A stretch of 64,000 nt of DNA from Candidatus Levyibacteriota bacterium (GTDB lineage Bacteria; Patescibacteriota; Microgenomatia; Levybacterales; UBA12049): assembly GCA_027459725.1 (NCBI GenBank), contig DAIDHK010000007.1:261-64260 (forward strand). The letters run 5' to 3'. Shown in pieces: positions 56,153 to 64,000 of this stretch (the first letter of the stretch is position 1; the number at the start of each line of letters is the position of its first letter). Below the pieces are notes generated by a model. It searched no databases and had not been told where the DNA came from. It saw only the letters and a program-made list of their open reading frames with translations. Position numbers and translations under genes: made by a program.

Positions 56153-57466
56153 ATGGCACTTTCTATGCAAAACTCTGATAATTCACTACTCGTCATCGCC
56201 AGCTATCCACCCAAAGATGCAATTCATCATCCGTTGATTGTCGGCGGTGCTTCGTATACCAAAAATACCTTACTTTCCCTACAACGTGTATTAACAGACA
56301 AATCTATAGACTATAAAATTACAGTTCTCGCCGAAAAATTGACTGCTAATCATCACTCTGAACCAAATGAAAAATCTGAAGATATTAATTCATATGAGGA
56401 TAATGGCATTAACGTCAAACGAATTTGGCAACGCAATAACTTTGGGTCATTTTTCTCGTTGATTAACGAAATCAATAAATATAAAAAGACTCAAAAAATT
56501 CTTTTCTCCTTAGAGTTAGCCATGTTCGGCGGACAACTTTCATTGCTTGGCATCATGTTACTTTTGATCTGGTTAAAAATCTCGGGTAAAAAAACTTACA
56601 TCGTTTTACATCAGATCATTGCCAATCTCCAAGATATGGAAGGACATTTGGGCAAAACCTCACCTACCTTAATGACACATATTAATAATTTTGCTTTGCG
56701 ACAGTTTTACCGCTTTGTAGTATTTATAAGTTATAAAATCAATGTCTTTGAACAAACTTTTAAGGATTATTTACACACCTTGGGAGATCCGCAAAAAGTG
56801 GTGGTTATACCACATGGGGTCGAAAAATTTGTCAATTCAGTCACTAAAAAACAGGCCAGAGAAAACCTGCATATAGACCCTAAAAAGAAGGTAATTATGC
56901 TGTTTGGCTTCTTAGCTTGGTATAAAGGTACAGATTGGATTGTCAATCAAATCGACAAACAAAGCATACAAAAAAACAACATTCAGGTCATCATTGCGGG
57001 TGGTCCTAACCCGAACCGTTTGGAACTAGATTTTTATCAAAAATATCTAAAAGATTTAGAACAGAGCGCCAAAGAAAAAAATATCTTAATTACGGGTTTT
57101 GTCCCGGAAAATAAAATAGGTCTGTATTTTCAATCCGCTGATGTAGTACTTTTCCCTTACCGTGCATTGATGTCCAGTAGTGGACCTTTTTCAATAGCGC
57201 TAGCATTTGGTGCTCCACTTTTGCTGGCAGACAAACTCTTGCCATTGACAAAAACTGTAGATTTTCAAACCACACTTACCGACACAAAAATTGCTGAAAA
57301 AGATCTCTTCTTCCCGCTTAACCAGCAAGGTCTAGAGAGAATTATCTCGCAAATAAATGACCAAACATTTCTGGATAAGAGCCATAAATTCGCTCTAACT
57401 CTTGCACAAAAACGCGCATGGAATGCAATTGGACAAATGTATTACGAAACTATTTTTACTAACTAA
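56153..57466 (+). CDS. Glycosyltransferase group 1-like protein with a membrane-spanning insert (paralog of 16286..17428)
   Basis: GFLAWYKGTDWIVNQI and ADVVLFPYRALMSSSGPFSIALAFGAPLL share signature blocks with the 16286 gene. A hydrophobic segment LSLLGIMLLLIWL. Confidence 0.55.
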   Translation: MALSMQNSDNSLLVIASYPPKDAIHHPLIVGGASYTKNTLLSLQRVLTDKSIDYKITVLAEKLTANHHSEPNEKSEDINSYEDNGINVKRIWQRNNFGSFFSLINEINKYKKTQKILFSLELAMFGGQLSLLGIMLLLIWLKISGKKTYIVLHQIIANLQDMEGHLGKTSPTLMTHINNFALRQFYRFVVFISYKINVFEQTFKDYLHTLGDPQKVVVIPHGVEKFVNSVTKKQARENLHIDPKKKVIMLFGFLAWYKGTDWIVNQIDKQSIQKNNIQVIIAGGPNPNRLELDFYQKYLKDLEQSAKEKNILITGFVPENKIGLYFQSADVVLFPYRALMSSSGPFSIALAFGAPLLLADKLLPLTKTVDFQTTLTDTKIAEKDLFFPLNQQGLERIISQINDQTFLDKSHKFALTLAQKRAWNAIGQMYYETIFTN

Positions 57467-57480
57467 ATATTTCTTCACCT

Positions 57481-59583
57481 ATGAAAAGACTACTGGAAAT
57501 AATTATTGTTTTAATCCTAGCTTTAGTAGCCAGTATAGTTTTTACCTATCCGGCCATAACACATATCACCACTCAATATATTGGTGATGGCGGAGATAAT
57601 TATGAATATGCCTCATATATGGGTCTTTTAACCCAGCAAATTCATGATCACCTCATACCACTTAGTCATACCAATTTTTGGCGCTATCCAGTTGGCATTG
57701 ATTTTGCCAGATCATTTGACTCATATTTAACTCTTTTTATTGGTACGGCTTTTACTCTAAGTGTCGGATTACCTCTGTCATATAATCTGACCATTTATGT
57801 TCTTCTGATTCTAAACGGTCTGTTTAGCTATCTGTACTTTAAGAAAATAACCCATTCCCCATTATTAGGTATTATTGGCATGCTTTCCTATGGTTTTTCT
57901 TTTTATGTACTGGCGCGCTCGAACGCACATCCTAACCTCATGTTTGTCGGCGGCTTTCCCCTCTCACTCATTTTTCTACTGCGTTTAATCGAAAGACCAT
58001 CTTTAAAAACGCGCGATTTTCTCTATTTTTTCTTCAGTCTAATATTTATCACGCTTGGCTCTATGCAATATCTACTTTTAATGAGTATATTTTTGGGTAT
58101 TGTACTGTTTACTTCACTGCTTTTTTATTATCCCCAAAGCAAAATTTTCTTTCACAAACTGCTTAACTATCAAAAACAAATCCTTCAAAGTAGCATAACC
58201 TCCGCTTTAGTATTCTTTATTGTTTTTATGCCCCAAATTCTAGCTTTTATACAAGGAAATGTTAATTTTTCCAGCCGTTTAGACACTCTAGCTTTCGCAA
58301 CTCCTGGAATTGATGATTTCTTTCTACCCAATACATACTTGCATCTATTAATCTCTCCCCTGGCTTCGGCTAAATCGAAAATGTCGATTGAAACCATGGT
58401 CTTTTTAGGCTGGATTGAGATGCTGTTTTTTATATTGTTTTTGTTACAAAATAAAATAGCCAAGAAATTTAGACTATATTTACTAACTATCTTTTTAATC
58501 CTGTTTTTACTCGCCCTGGGATATGGTACAGATGATTCATTTTTTCTGTTGCCTTATCATTTCCTGCGCCAGTTTAGTCTTTTCTCTGCAATCGCTGAAA
58601 CCGGCAGGTATTTAGTTGTATTCTATTTGATTTTCCTATCTGCCATCCTATTAGGATTAAGCAAACTTAAAAACCATAAGAAGCTTTACTATTTTCTTGC
58701 TCTAATTTTACTAGGCGGTGTCATTTTGGAAAGAATACCTCTATCATTTAGAACCGTACCAGTTTTGACAGATCAAAAATACATTCAAGTAGTCAAAAAT
58801 ACACCTGCCAAGGCTGTCTTAGATATTCCCATTGATATCTATACCCCGGTCTACAATATTTTGTCACTTGGCTATGACAAGCCGATTGTAAATGGATATT
58901 TTCACTGGTTAGCAGATGGAGCAAGGGAACAATCATTTTTGAGAAATGAAAATCTCTTTCTGCAATTTACTTGTTCCAATCAGGATCCCATACTGAAAGA
59001 TCCTTTGAATTATCCATATACCAGCTATGAAACACAATTAATGCAGACTCTAATAAACAATGGCATAACCACACTTGTCATTCACCGCAATACCAACTAT
59101 CTCTTCTCCAATTGTCGCAATGTACGCATTCGTGTTGACCATCTGATTCCCTTTGAACAACCTCTAAAGCCAAGTATAAATCAGACTGTTTACTCTACTT
59201 CACTTGAGACAAGTCAACCAAGCTTTACTTTTTATTTCCCTTACAGCGGAACTTTTTATCTAGACGGAGCTTTTATCTCCACACGTGGCAAAGGATATTT
59301 TCAAATCCTGCAAAACTACCAACCAGCTACTTTTAAATATGCCTGGAGTGTAGATAACAAGAATAGCTACCAGATCCTGTCTCCCAAAAACACAATTAAA
59401 TTTAAAGTTAACACAGGAGACAACCTGACTATCTATTCCAGTAACCTCATCGATTATACCTATCTTTCTCTTTGGTATCGCTACGCTAAAGATCCTAATA
59501 GTCCCTATATACCATTCTCACCGAAAATACAAAGAATTTACCAGGATAATAATACAATTGTGTATAAAATTAATAGACCTTGA
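57481..59583 (+). CDS. Large polytopic membrane protein, GT-C-type glycosyltransferase-like (YfhO/ArnT/PMT-like architecture)
   Basis: About 12-14 TM helices in the N-terminal 430 aa, followed by a soluble C-terminal domain of ~270 aa. It lies directly downstream of the GT2 polyprenyl-P-sugar synthase and a GT4. No specific catalytic motif was confirmed. Confidence 0.5.
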   Translation: MKRLLEIIIVLILALVASIVFTYPAITHITTQYIGDGGDNYEYASYMGLLTQQIHDHLIPLSHTNFWRYPVGIDFARSFDSYLTLFIGTAFTLSVGLPLSYNLTIYVLLILNGLFSYLYFKKITHSPLLGIIGMLSYGFSFYVLARSNAHPNLMFVGGFPLSLIFLLRLIERPSLKTRDFLYFFFSLIFITLGSMQYLLLMSIFLGIVLFTSLLFYYPQSKIFFHKLLNYQKQILQSSITSALVFFIVFMPQILAFIQGNVNFSSRLDTLAFATPGIDDFFLPNTYLHLLISPLASAKSKMSIETMVFLGWIEMLFFILFLLQNKIAKKFRLYLLTIFLILFLLALGYGTDDSFFLLPYHFLRQFSLFSAIAETGRYLVVFYLIFLSAILLGLSKLKNHKKLYYFLALILLGGVILERIPLSFRTVPVLTDQKYIQVVKNTPAKAVLDIPIDIYTPVYNILSLGYDKPIVNGYFHWLADGAREQSFLRNENLFLQFTCSNQDPILKDPLNYPYTSYETQLMQTLINNGITTLVIHRNTNYLFSNCRNVRIRVDHLIPFEQPLKPSINQTVYSTSLETSQPSFTFYFPYSGTFYLDGAFISTRGKGYFQILQNYQPATFKYAWSVDNKNSYQILSPKNTIKFKVNTGDNLTIYSSNLIDYTYLSLWYRYAKDPNSPYIPFSPKIQRIYQDNNTIVYKINRP

Positions 59584-59614
59584 CTCTATTCTGATTATCT
59601 GATATTCTGAATGT

Positions 59615-59881
59615 ATGAGCAGTATAAGTATAATCCGCGAACGAGGCCAAATAACCATACCTGATAAAATTCGGGCAACATTAGACTGGCTTACTCCCAC
59701 CTCTCCTGTTTCGATATCTATTGTCAACCCGGATGAAATTAGTATCCGTCCTTATCAGAACAAAAAAATAACGGACTGGCAAAAGCTGTGGGCACAGATT
59801 AGAAAATCTCGTGCACTAAAAAGCAAAGGACAAGGTAATCTATCTGCTTTTATTATTGAAGATAGGCAGACAAGAAGATGA
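59615..59881 (+). CDS. AbrB/MazE/SpoVT-type antitoxin
   Basis: RGQITIPDKIRATL swapped-hairpin motif; 88 aa; a 4-nt ATGA overlap with the downstream PIN gene. Confidence 0.7.
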   Translation: MSSISIIRERGQITIPDKIRATLDWLTPTSPVSISIVNPDEISIRPYQNKKITDWQKLWAQIRKSRALKSKGQGNLSAFIIEDRQTRR

Positions 59882-60315
59882 TTAAAAAGATTATTATAGA
59901 TAGTTCAGTTAGTGTTAAGTGGATCAATCAAATTGATGAAGATCTTTTAGAGCAAGCAGATAAAATTCTTTTAGACGTCCAAGCCGAAAAAATAGTCCTT
60001 TTCGCTCCTGAACTCTCAAAATATGAAATTGGTAACGCACTACTAAGAAAACAATTCTCTACACAACATGTAAAAGATACCATACATCTATTGTACCAAT
60101 TGCCTATTACCTTTGTTCCGGAAACAGAAGATCTGGCTAAGCAGACATATATGATTGCACACGAGACTGGAATGACATATTATGATGCAAGCTTTGTAGC
60201 TTTAGCAAAACAAGAAGATGCCTTGTTGGTTACTCATAACGCAAAACATCAAGGCAAAAGTACCACAGTTAAGGTAATTTCACTAAAAGATTACTCCACT
60301 TCAGTCTTGAGCTAA
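59878..60315 (+). CDS. PIN-domain ribonuclease toxin (VapC-like)
   Basis: IIIDSSVSVKW (first acidic residue), ...E..., and the YYDASFVALA motif; 145 aa. Confidence 0.75.
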   Translation: MIKKIIIDSSVSVKWINQIDEDLLEQADKILLDVQAEKIVLFAPELSKYEIGNALLRKQFSTQHVKDTIHLLYQLPITFVPETEDLAKQTYMIAHETGMTYYDASFVALAKQEDALLVTHNAKHQGKSTTVKVISLKDYSTSVLS

Positions 60316-60319
60316 GTAT

Positions 60320-63300
60320 GTGCTAAACTTCTATATATACTTCTTTTTTAAGAATATGCAAACAAACATTAGACGGTTTATTTCTCTTCATTGGCCTATT
60401 ACAACATTAAGCATTCTGATACTTCTCCTCTTTATTACCAACTATATTCCTGGTACCTATCTCACTGGGTGGGACAACTTACATCCGGAATTTAATTTTT
60501 CCGCTAATATACAAAGAGCAATATTCGCCGTCTGGCAGGAATACCAAGGCTTAGGCTTACTGGGCGGTATGGGCCATGCTACAGACATTGTACATGCTGT
60601 ATTTCTGTTTATAGTCTCTTTTGTTCTCCCTCAATCTATCTTGCGCTATATCTGGACTTTCTTAATGCTTTGGCTGGGATGTATAGGAATGTATGTTCTG
60701 CTCAGACGAATAGTTTTTCAATCTCAAACTCAAAGATTATTCCCTTTTCTGGGAGCTTTGTTCTATTTATTAAACCTGGCTACCATTGAAACTTTTTATG
60801 CCCCTTTTGAGGCATTTACGGGTCATTATGCAGCACTTCCCTGGTTAATTTTTGCCTGTCTTAACTACTTTCAACAAAAATCCAAACACAGTCTGGCTCT
60901 GTTAGTCATCATTCTTTTTTTAGCCACCCCTCAAGCATATATCCCCACGTTATTTCTAGTTTTCATACTAGCGTTATCCATGTATTTGTTATTCTGGATG
61001 CTATCCAGCAGAAGCTTTCCCATAATAAGATTACTGAAGCTTTATTTAATCATTATTTTCGTCAACGCCTTCTGGTTGCTGCCTTTTCTCTATTTTGTCT
61101 TCACTAACTCACAAGTAAGTATTTCATCCAAGATTAACCAGATGTCCACCCCCACGATTTATGCCCAAAATCTTGAGTTTGGTAATCTATTTGATTTTGC
61201 CCAATTAAAAGGATTTTGGTTTAACAATGTAGATTACACAAGACATAACAACTTCAATTACATGCTCGAACCCTGGAGAAATTATAGCAATAATCCAATC
61301 TTAATTGCCCTTAGCTTACTTATCTTTGCTCTGGTTGTATTCGGACTGGTAATGGGCTTGAAAAAAGGAAAACAACAGATCTGGGGCTTTACAGGTATTT
61401 TCCTACTGGCTTTAATTGCTCTTGCCAATGACACACCACCTTTTTCCTGGATCAACGCTCTAATTCGCAATCATATCTCATTATTAAACGAAGCTCTCCG
61501 CTTTCCATACACAAAATTCTCTATTCTGGCCGCTTTTATTTTTGCGATCTTTTTTGCTCTGGGAATTCAAGCGATCTATGAATGGCTAAAAACCACCCGC
61601 CAGAAACAATTGTTAATTGTTGCTTCTATAATAACCCTCTTTATCATTTCCTTGCCGATGTTTACCGGAAATTTAATCTATACAAACGAAAAAACATCTA
61701 TTCCCCAAAGTTATTTCCAACTTTTTTCATATATGAGAACACAGGATCCTAACACTCGTATCGCCGATATGCCCCAATACACCTTCTGGGGTTGGAATTT
61801 TTATAACTGGCCAATAAACGGTATAAATCAGGTCGATGGGGGTTCTGGTTTCATCTGGTATGGCATCCAGCAGCCCATTTTAGACCGTGCCTTTGATGTG
61901 TGGTCCAAATATGATGAGAACTATTACTACGAACTCTCACAGGCGCTGTACAGCCAAAATCCTGCTGCATTTAATGACGTTCTGCAGAAATACCAAATCA
62001 ACTGGTTGTTGTGGGACAAAAATATTATTAATCCCTCTTCACCTCAGGCACTCTTTTATCCCCAATTTCAACAATTGCTCACTCAGGAGCCAAATGTTCA
62101 TTTAGTAAAAACATTCGGCAATCTGGAATTGTATAAAGTGGCTCTGACTGACAAACCTAATTCTTTTGTCTTCAGCACCCCTTCTGATCTACCCGCAGTT
62201 AATTTATACACCTGGAGTGACAATGACGTAGCTTATCAAAAGCTGGGTAATTATATATCCGTCAATCACGACAGTTCAGTTAATCTAAAATCACCCGTAA
62301 TAGATTATCCTTACCGTTCGCTTTTTAGCAAAAAAACTTCCAGTGACGAGTCGTTTAAGGTAGCCCAAACCAGTAATTCCCTAATTTTTAAAGCCATCAT
62401 CCCCGCTCATAACCAACCTTTAACCCTCAAAATTCCATCTTTTATTAGTTCTCAGCCTATTGTACCCGTCATTATTACGAGCAGTCCCAGTGCTAAAACA
62501 TTAAACGTTGATATGAAAGTATCTCCACCTGTTGTCTCACTGGATAATAACAATCTATGGAGCTCTAATAGTAATCTGGACTTTAACATCTCATTGTCTT
62601 TACCTATTCCTGCCTCCCAGTCTGGTAATCCACTTGAGATGAAATTAAATGGTGTTGTGAATTATCCCGTGTCTACTACCGACAAAACAGTTAAGACTAC
62701 GTTCTTATCTCTGGAACAAAAAAATATTCTTAGTATCGCTAAAGGGTCTGTAGTCTATGCCAATGTGGTGATTCCTACTTCTTCAATCCATATTGCATCT
62801 GCTGCCTCAAGCTTAATTCCTGCCACCTCACAATCACAAACCTTAACTGTTACTTACCCCAAAATAAGCGATAAATATCTCTCCCTTATACCCGATGTCT
62901 CTAAAGGTTTTACCGGCAGCTGTGACAATTTCCGCAATGGAAATATTTCTATTTTCCCTATTAAACAACCGCAGGCAGATCTGAGAATTCAAAGCAAGAA
63001 CGCAACTGCCTGTACTTCATATTACTCCAGTACTCTTTCACATCGTTTAGGCTACATTGTGTTTATTAACAGCCAGAATATAAGTGGTAGAGGTTTGCAT
63101 TTCTGGATATTAAATGAGGACGAAAAATATGCTCCGCTTGATACATACCTTAAAGGCGATAAGAATCAATTTGAGACATTTATTCTACCTCCCCAGGATC
63201 CGTTTGGTCAGGCATATTCACTGCATTTTGATAATGTCTCCATTGGTAATCAAGTCGCCACCAATCAACTCAATGATGTTGCTATGTACACACTTCCATA

Positions 63301-63676
63301 TAATTTCTTAACCAATCTTGTATTACAATCCTCTCCCTACAACAAACCCGTCATCAATAACCAGGTAATTACAAGCGTTAATCATACCAATCCTTCCAGT
63401 TATACCATTACCACAAAAAACAACCAACCTTTCATCCTGGCACTGTCTCAAAGTTATGACCAAGGCTGGGTCGCTTTTGCAAACGGCAAGGCGCTAAATA
63501 CTCATTTGGAATTAAACAACTGGGAAAACGGCTGGCTTATCACCCCTGTTTCCAATCAATCTACTCAAGCTATTACGATCATCTACTTACCTCAGTATTT
63601 GGAATATGCAGGCTGGATCTGTCTGGCAATTTTACTTGGAATAATTGGCATTAAAAGCTTGATCAAAAGTCACTAA
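60320..63676 (+). CDS. Very large (about 1100 aa) polytopic membrane protein, GT-C-type glycosyltransferase-like; resembles DUF3367/AftD-like arabinofuranosyltransferase architecture
   Basis: About 13 TM helices in the first ~480 aa with the loop motif LTGWDNLHPEFNFSANIQRAIFAVWQEYQGLGLLGG. A soluble extracytoplasmic domain of ~600 aa, then a final C-terminal TM. The start may be the Met at about 60356. Confidence 0.45.
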   Translation: MLNFYIYFFFKNMQTNIRRFISLHWPITTLSILILLLFITNYIPGTYLTGWDNLHPEFNFSANIQRAIFAVWQEYQGLGLLGGMGHATDIVHAVFLFIVSFVLPQSILRYIWTFLMLWLGCIGMYVLLRRIVFQSQTQRLFPFLGALFYLLNLATIETFYAPFEAFTGHYAALPWLIFACLNYFQQKSKHSLALLVIILFLATPQAYIPTLFLVFILALSMYLLFWMLSSRSFPIIRLLKLYLIIIFVNAFWLLPFLYFVFTNSQVSISSKINQMSTPTIYAQNLEFGNLFDFAQLKGFWFNNVDYTRHNNFNYMLEPWRNYSNNPILIALSLLIFALVVFGLVMGLKKGKQQIWGFTGIFLLALIALANDTPPFSWINALIRNHISLLNEALRFPYTKFSILAAFIFAIFFALGIQAIYEWLKTTRQKQLLIVASIITLFIISLPMFTGNLIYTNEKTSIPQSYFQLFSYMRTQDPNTRIADMPQYTFWGWNFYNWPINGINQVDGGSGFIWYGIQQPILDRAFDVWSKYDENYYYELSQALYSQNPAAFNDVLQKYQINWLLWDKNIINPSSPQALFYPQFQQLLTQEPNVHLVKTFGNLELYKVALTDKPNSFVFSTPSDLPAVNLYTWSDNDVAYQKLGNYISVNHDSSVNLKSPVIDYPYRSLFSKKTSSDESFKVAQTSNSLIFKAIIPAHNQPLTLKIPSFISSQPIVPVIITSSPSAKTLNVDMKVSPPVVSLDNNNLWSSNSNLDFNISLSLPIPASQSGNPLEMKLNGVVNYPVSTTDKTVKTTFLSLEQKNILSIAKGSVVYANVVIPTSSIHIASAASSLIPATSQSQTLTVTYPKISDKYLSLIPDVSKGFTGSCDNFRNGNISIFPIKQPQADLRIQSKNATACTSYYSSTLSHRLGYIVFINSQNISGRGLHFWILNEDEKYAPLDTYLKGDKNQFETFILPPQDPFGQAYSLHFDNVSIGNQVATNQLNDVAMYTLPYNFLTNLVLQSSPYNKPVINNQVITSVNHTNPSSYTITTKNNQPFILALSQSYDQGWVAFANGKALNTHLELNNWENGWLITPVSNQSTQAITIIYLPQYLEYAGWICLAILLGIIGIKSLIKSH

Positions 63677-63703
63677 ATTTTCTATCCCACATAATCCTTT
63701 ACA

Positions 63704-63732
63704 TTGACATGATATACATCATGATGTATACT
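63704..63732 (+). promoter_or_regulatory. Consensus sigma70 promoter (TTGACA, 17 nt spacer, TATACT) containing a perfect 14-bp palindromic operator
   Basis: TTGACA at 63704-63709 and TATACT at 63727-63732. TACATCATGATGTA (63715-63728) is a perfect palindrome spanning the spacer and -10. The downstream ORF's ATG lies only ~8 nt after the -10, so the mRNA is leaderless-like. Confidence 0.55.
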
Positions 63733-63740
63733 TTCATCAG

Positions 63741-64000
63741 ATGATACGAACACAGATTTACCTTACTCCCAAACAATACGATCTATTAAAAAAGAAGGCA
63801 CACGCTGAGAATACGACAATTTCCCAGGCCATTCGGGCAACACTGGATATGAAATTACAAACTACAACCGACAGTCAAGCAAAGAAGAAACAACCCAATC
63901 TGGGAGAATGGCTTCATTCAATTGCAAAAAGAGCTGAAGAAAGGCATATAAAGGGTCCAAAAGATCTCTCTACTAACGTTGATAAGTACCTTTATGGCGA
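63741..64000 (+). CDS. Ribbon-helix-helix (CopG/antitoxin-like) DNA-binding protein, 3' partial (runs off the window)
   Basis: MIRTQIYLTPKQYDLLKKKAHAENTTISQAIRATLDMKLQ... shows the beta-strand-helix-helix pattern of RHH proteins. No stop before the window end. Confidence 0.55.
   Translation, partial: MIRTQIYLTPKQYDLLKKKAHAENTTISQAIRATLDMKLQTTTDSQAKKKQPNLGEWLHSIAKRAEERHIKGPKDLSTNVDKYLYG

Overview
This 64 kb window is from a low-GC bacterium with a reduced genome and a Gram-positive-type envelope (about 37-43% GC, standard genetic code). It carries a class-E-like sortase, surface proteins ending in TPPTG sorting signals, and many glycosyltransferases. The gene content is consistent with a CPR/Patescibacteria-like (e.g. 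Saccharibacteria-like) organism, but taxonomy cannot be fixed from sequence alone.

Three things stand out.

(1) Two giant, membrane-anchored, phage-tail-fibre-like surface proteins have cytoplasmic N-terminal DNA-binding-type domains. The first (minus strand, start at 7103, running off the window start, at least 2360 aa) was not listed in the ORF track and was found by reading the minus strand; it carries an excisionase/MerR-type HTH. The second (33702..38150) carries two tandem integrase SAM-like core-binding domains. Each has one transmembrane helix followed by a huge repetitive ectodomain. Standalone paralogs of the same HTH lie at 13518 and 42755.

(2) An F1Fo ATP synthase operon (b, delta, alpha, gamma, beta, epsilon) has no subunit-a gene nearby. 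In the atpE position it has a gene for a signal-peptide-bearing extracellular domain fused to a c-subunit-like hairpin that retains the RQP-type loop but lacks the ion-binding carboxylate. That extracellular domain is homologous to a mid-region domain of giant protein 2.

(3) Two high-GC islands (51.7-52.3 kb at about 52% GC, and 53.4-55.2 kb at about 57% GC) encode secreted proteins and sit in a background near 38% GC, consistent with horizontal acquisition. Hairpin clusters flank the second island.

The window also contains mreB, rho, leuS, argS, ndk, an M16 peptidase, a LysM-M23 peptidase and a two-component system. There are four tRNAs: Pro-CGG, Arg-CCT, Ala-CGC and Ala-GGC. Two glycosylation clusters are present: three GT4 genes plus a WecB/TagA-family gene, and a GT2-GT4-GT-C-GT-C cluster. 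The window further carries a Wzy_C-TPR protein, a VirD4/TraG-like ATPase, a frameshifted AbiEii-type nucleotidyltransferase, a VapBC-like toxin-antitoxin pair and a partial ribbon-helix-helix gene with an operator-bearing promoter at the 3' edge.
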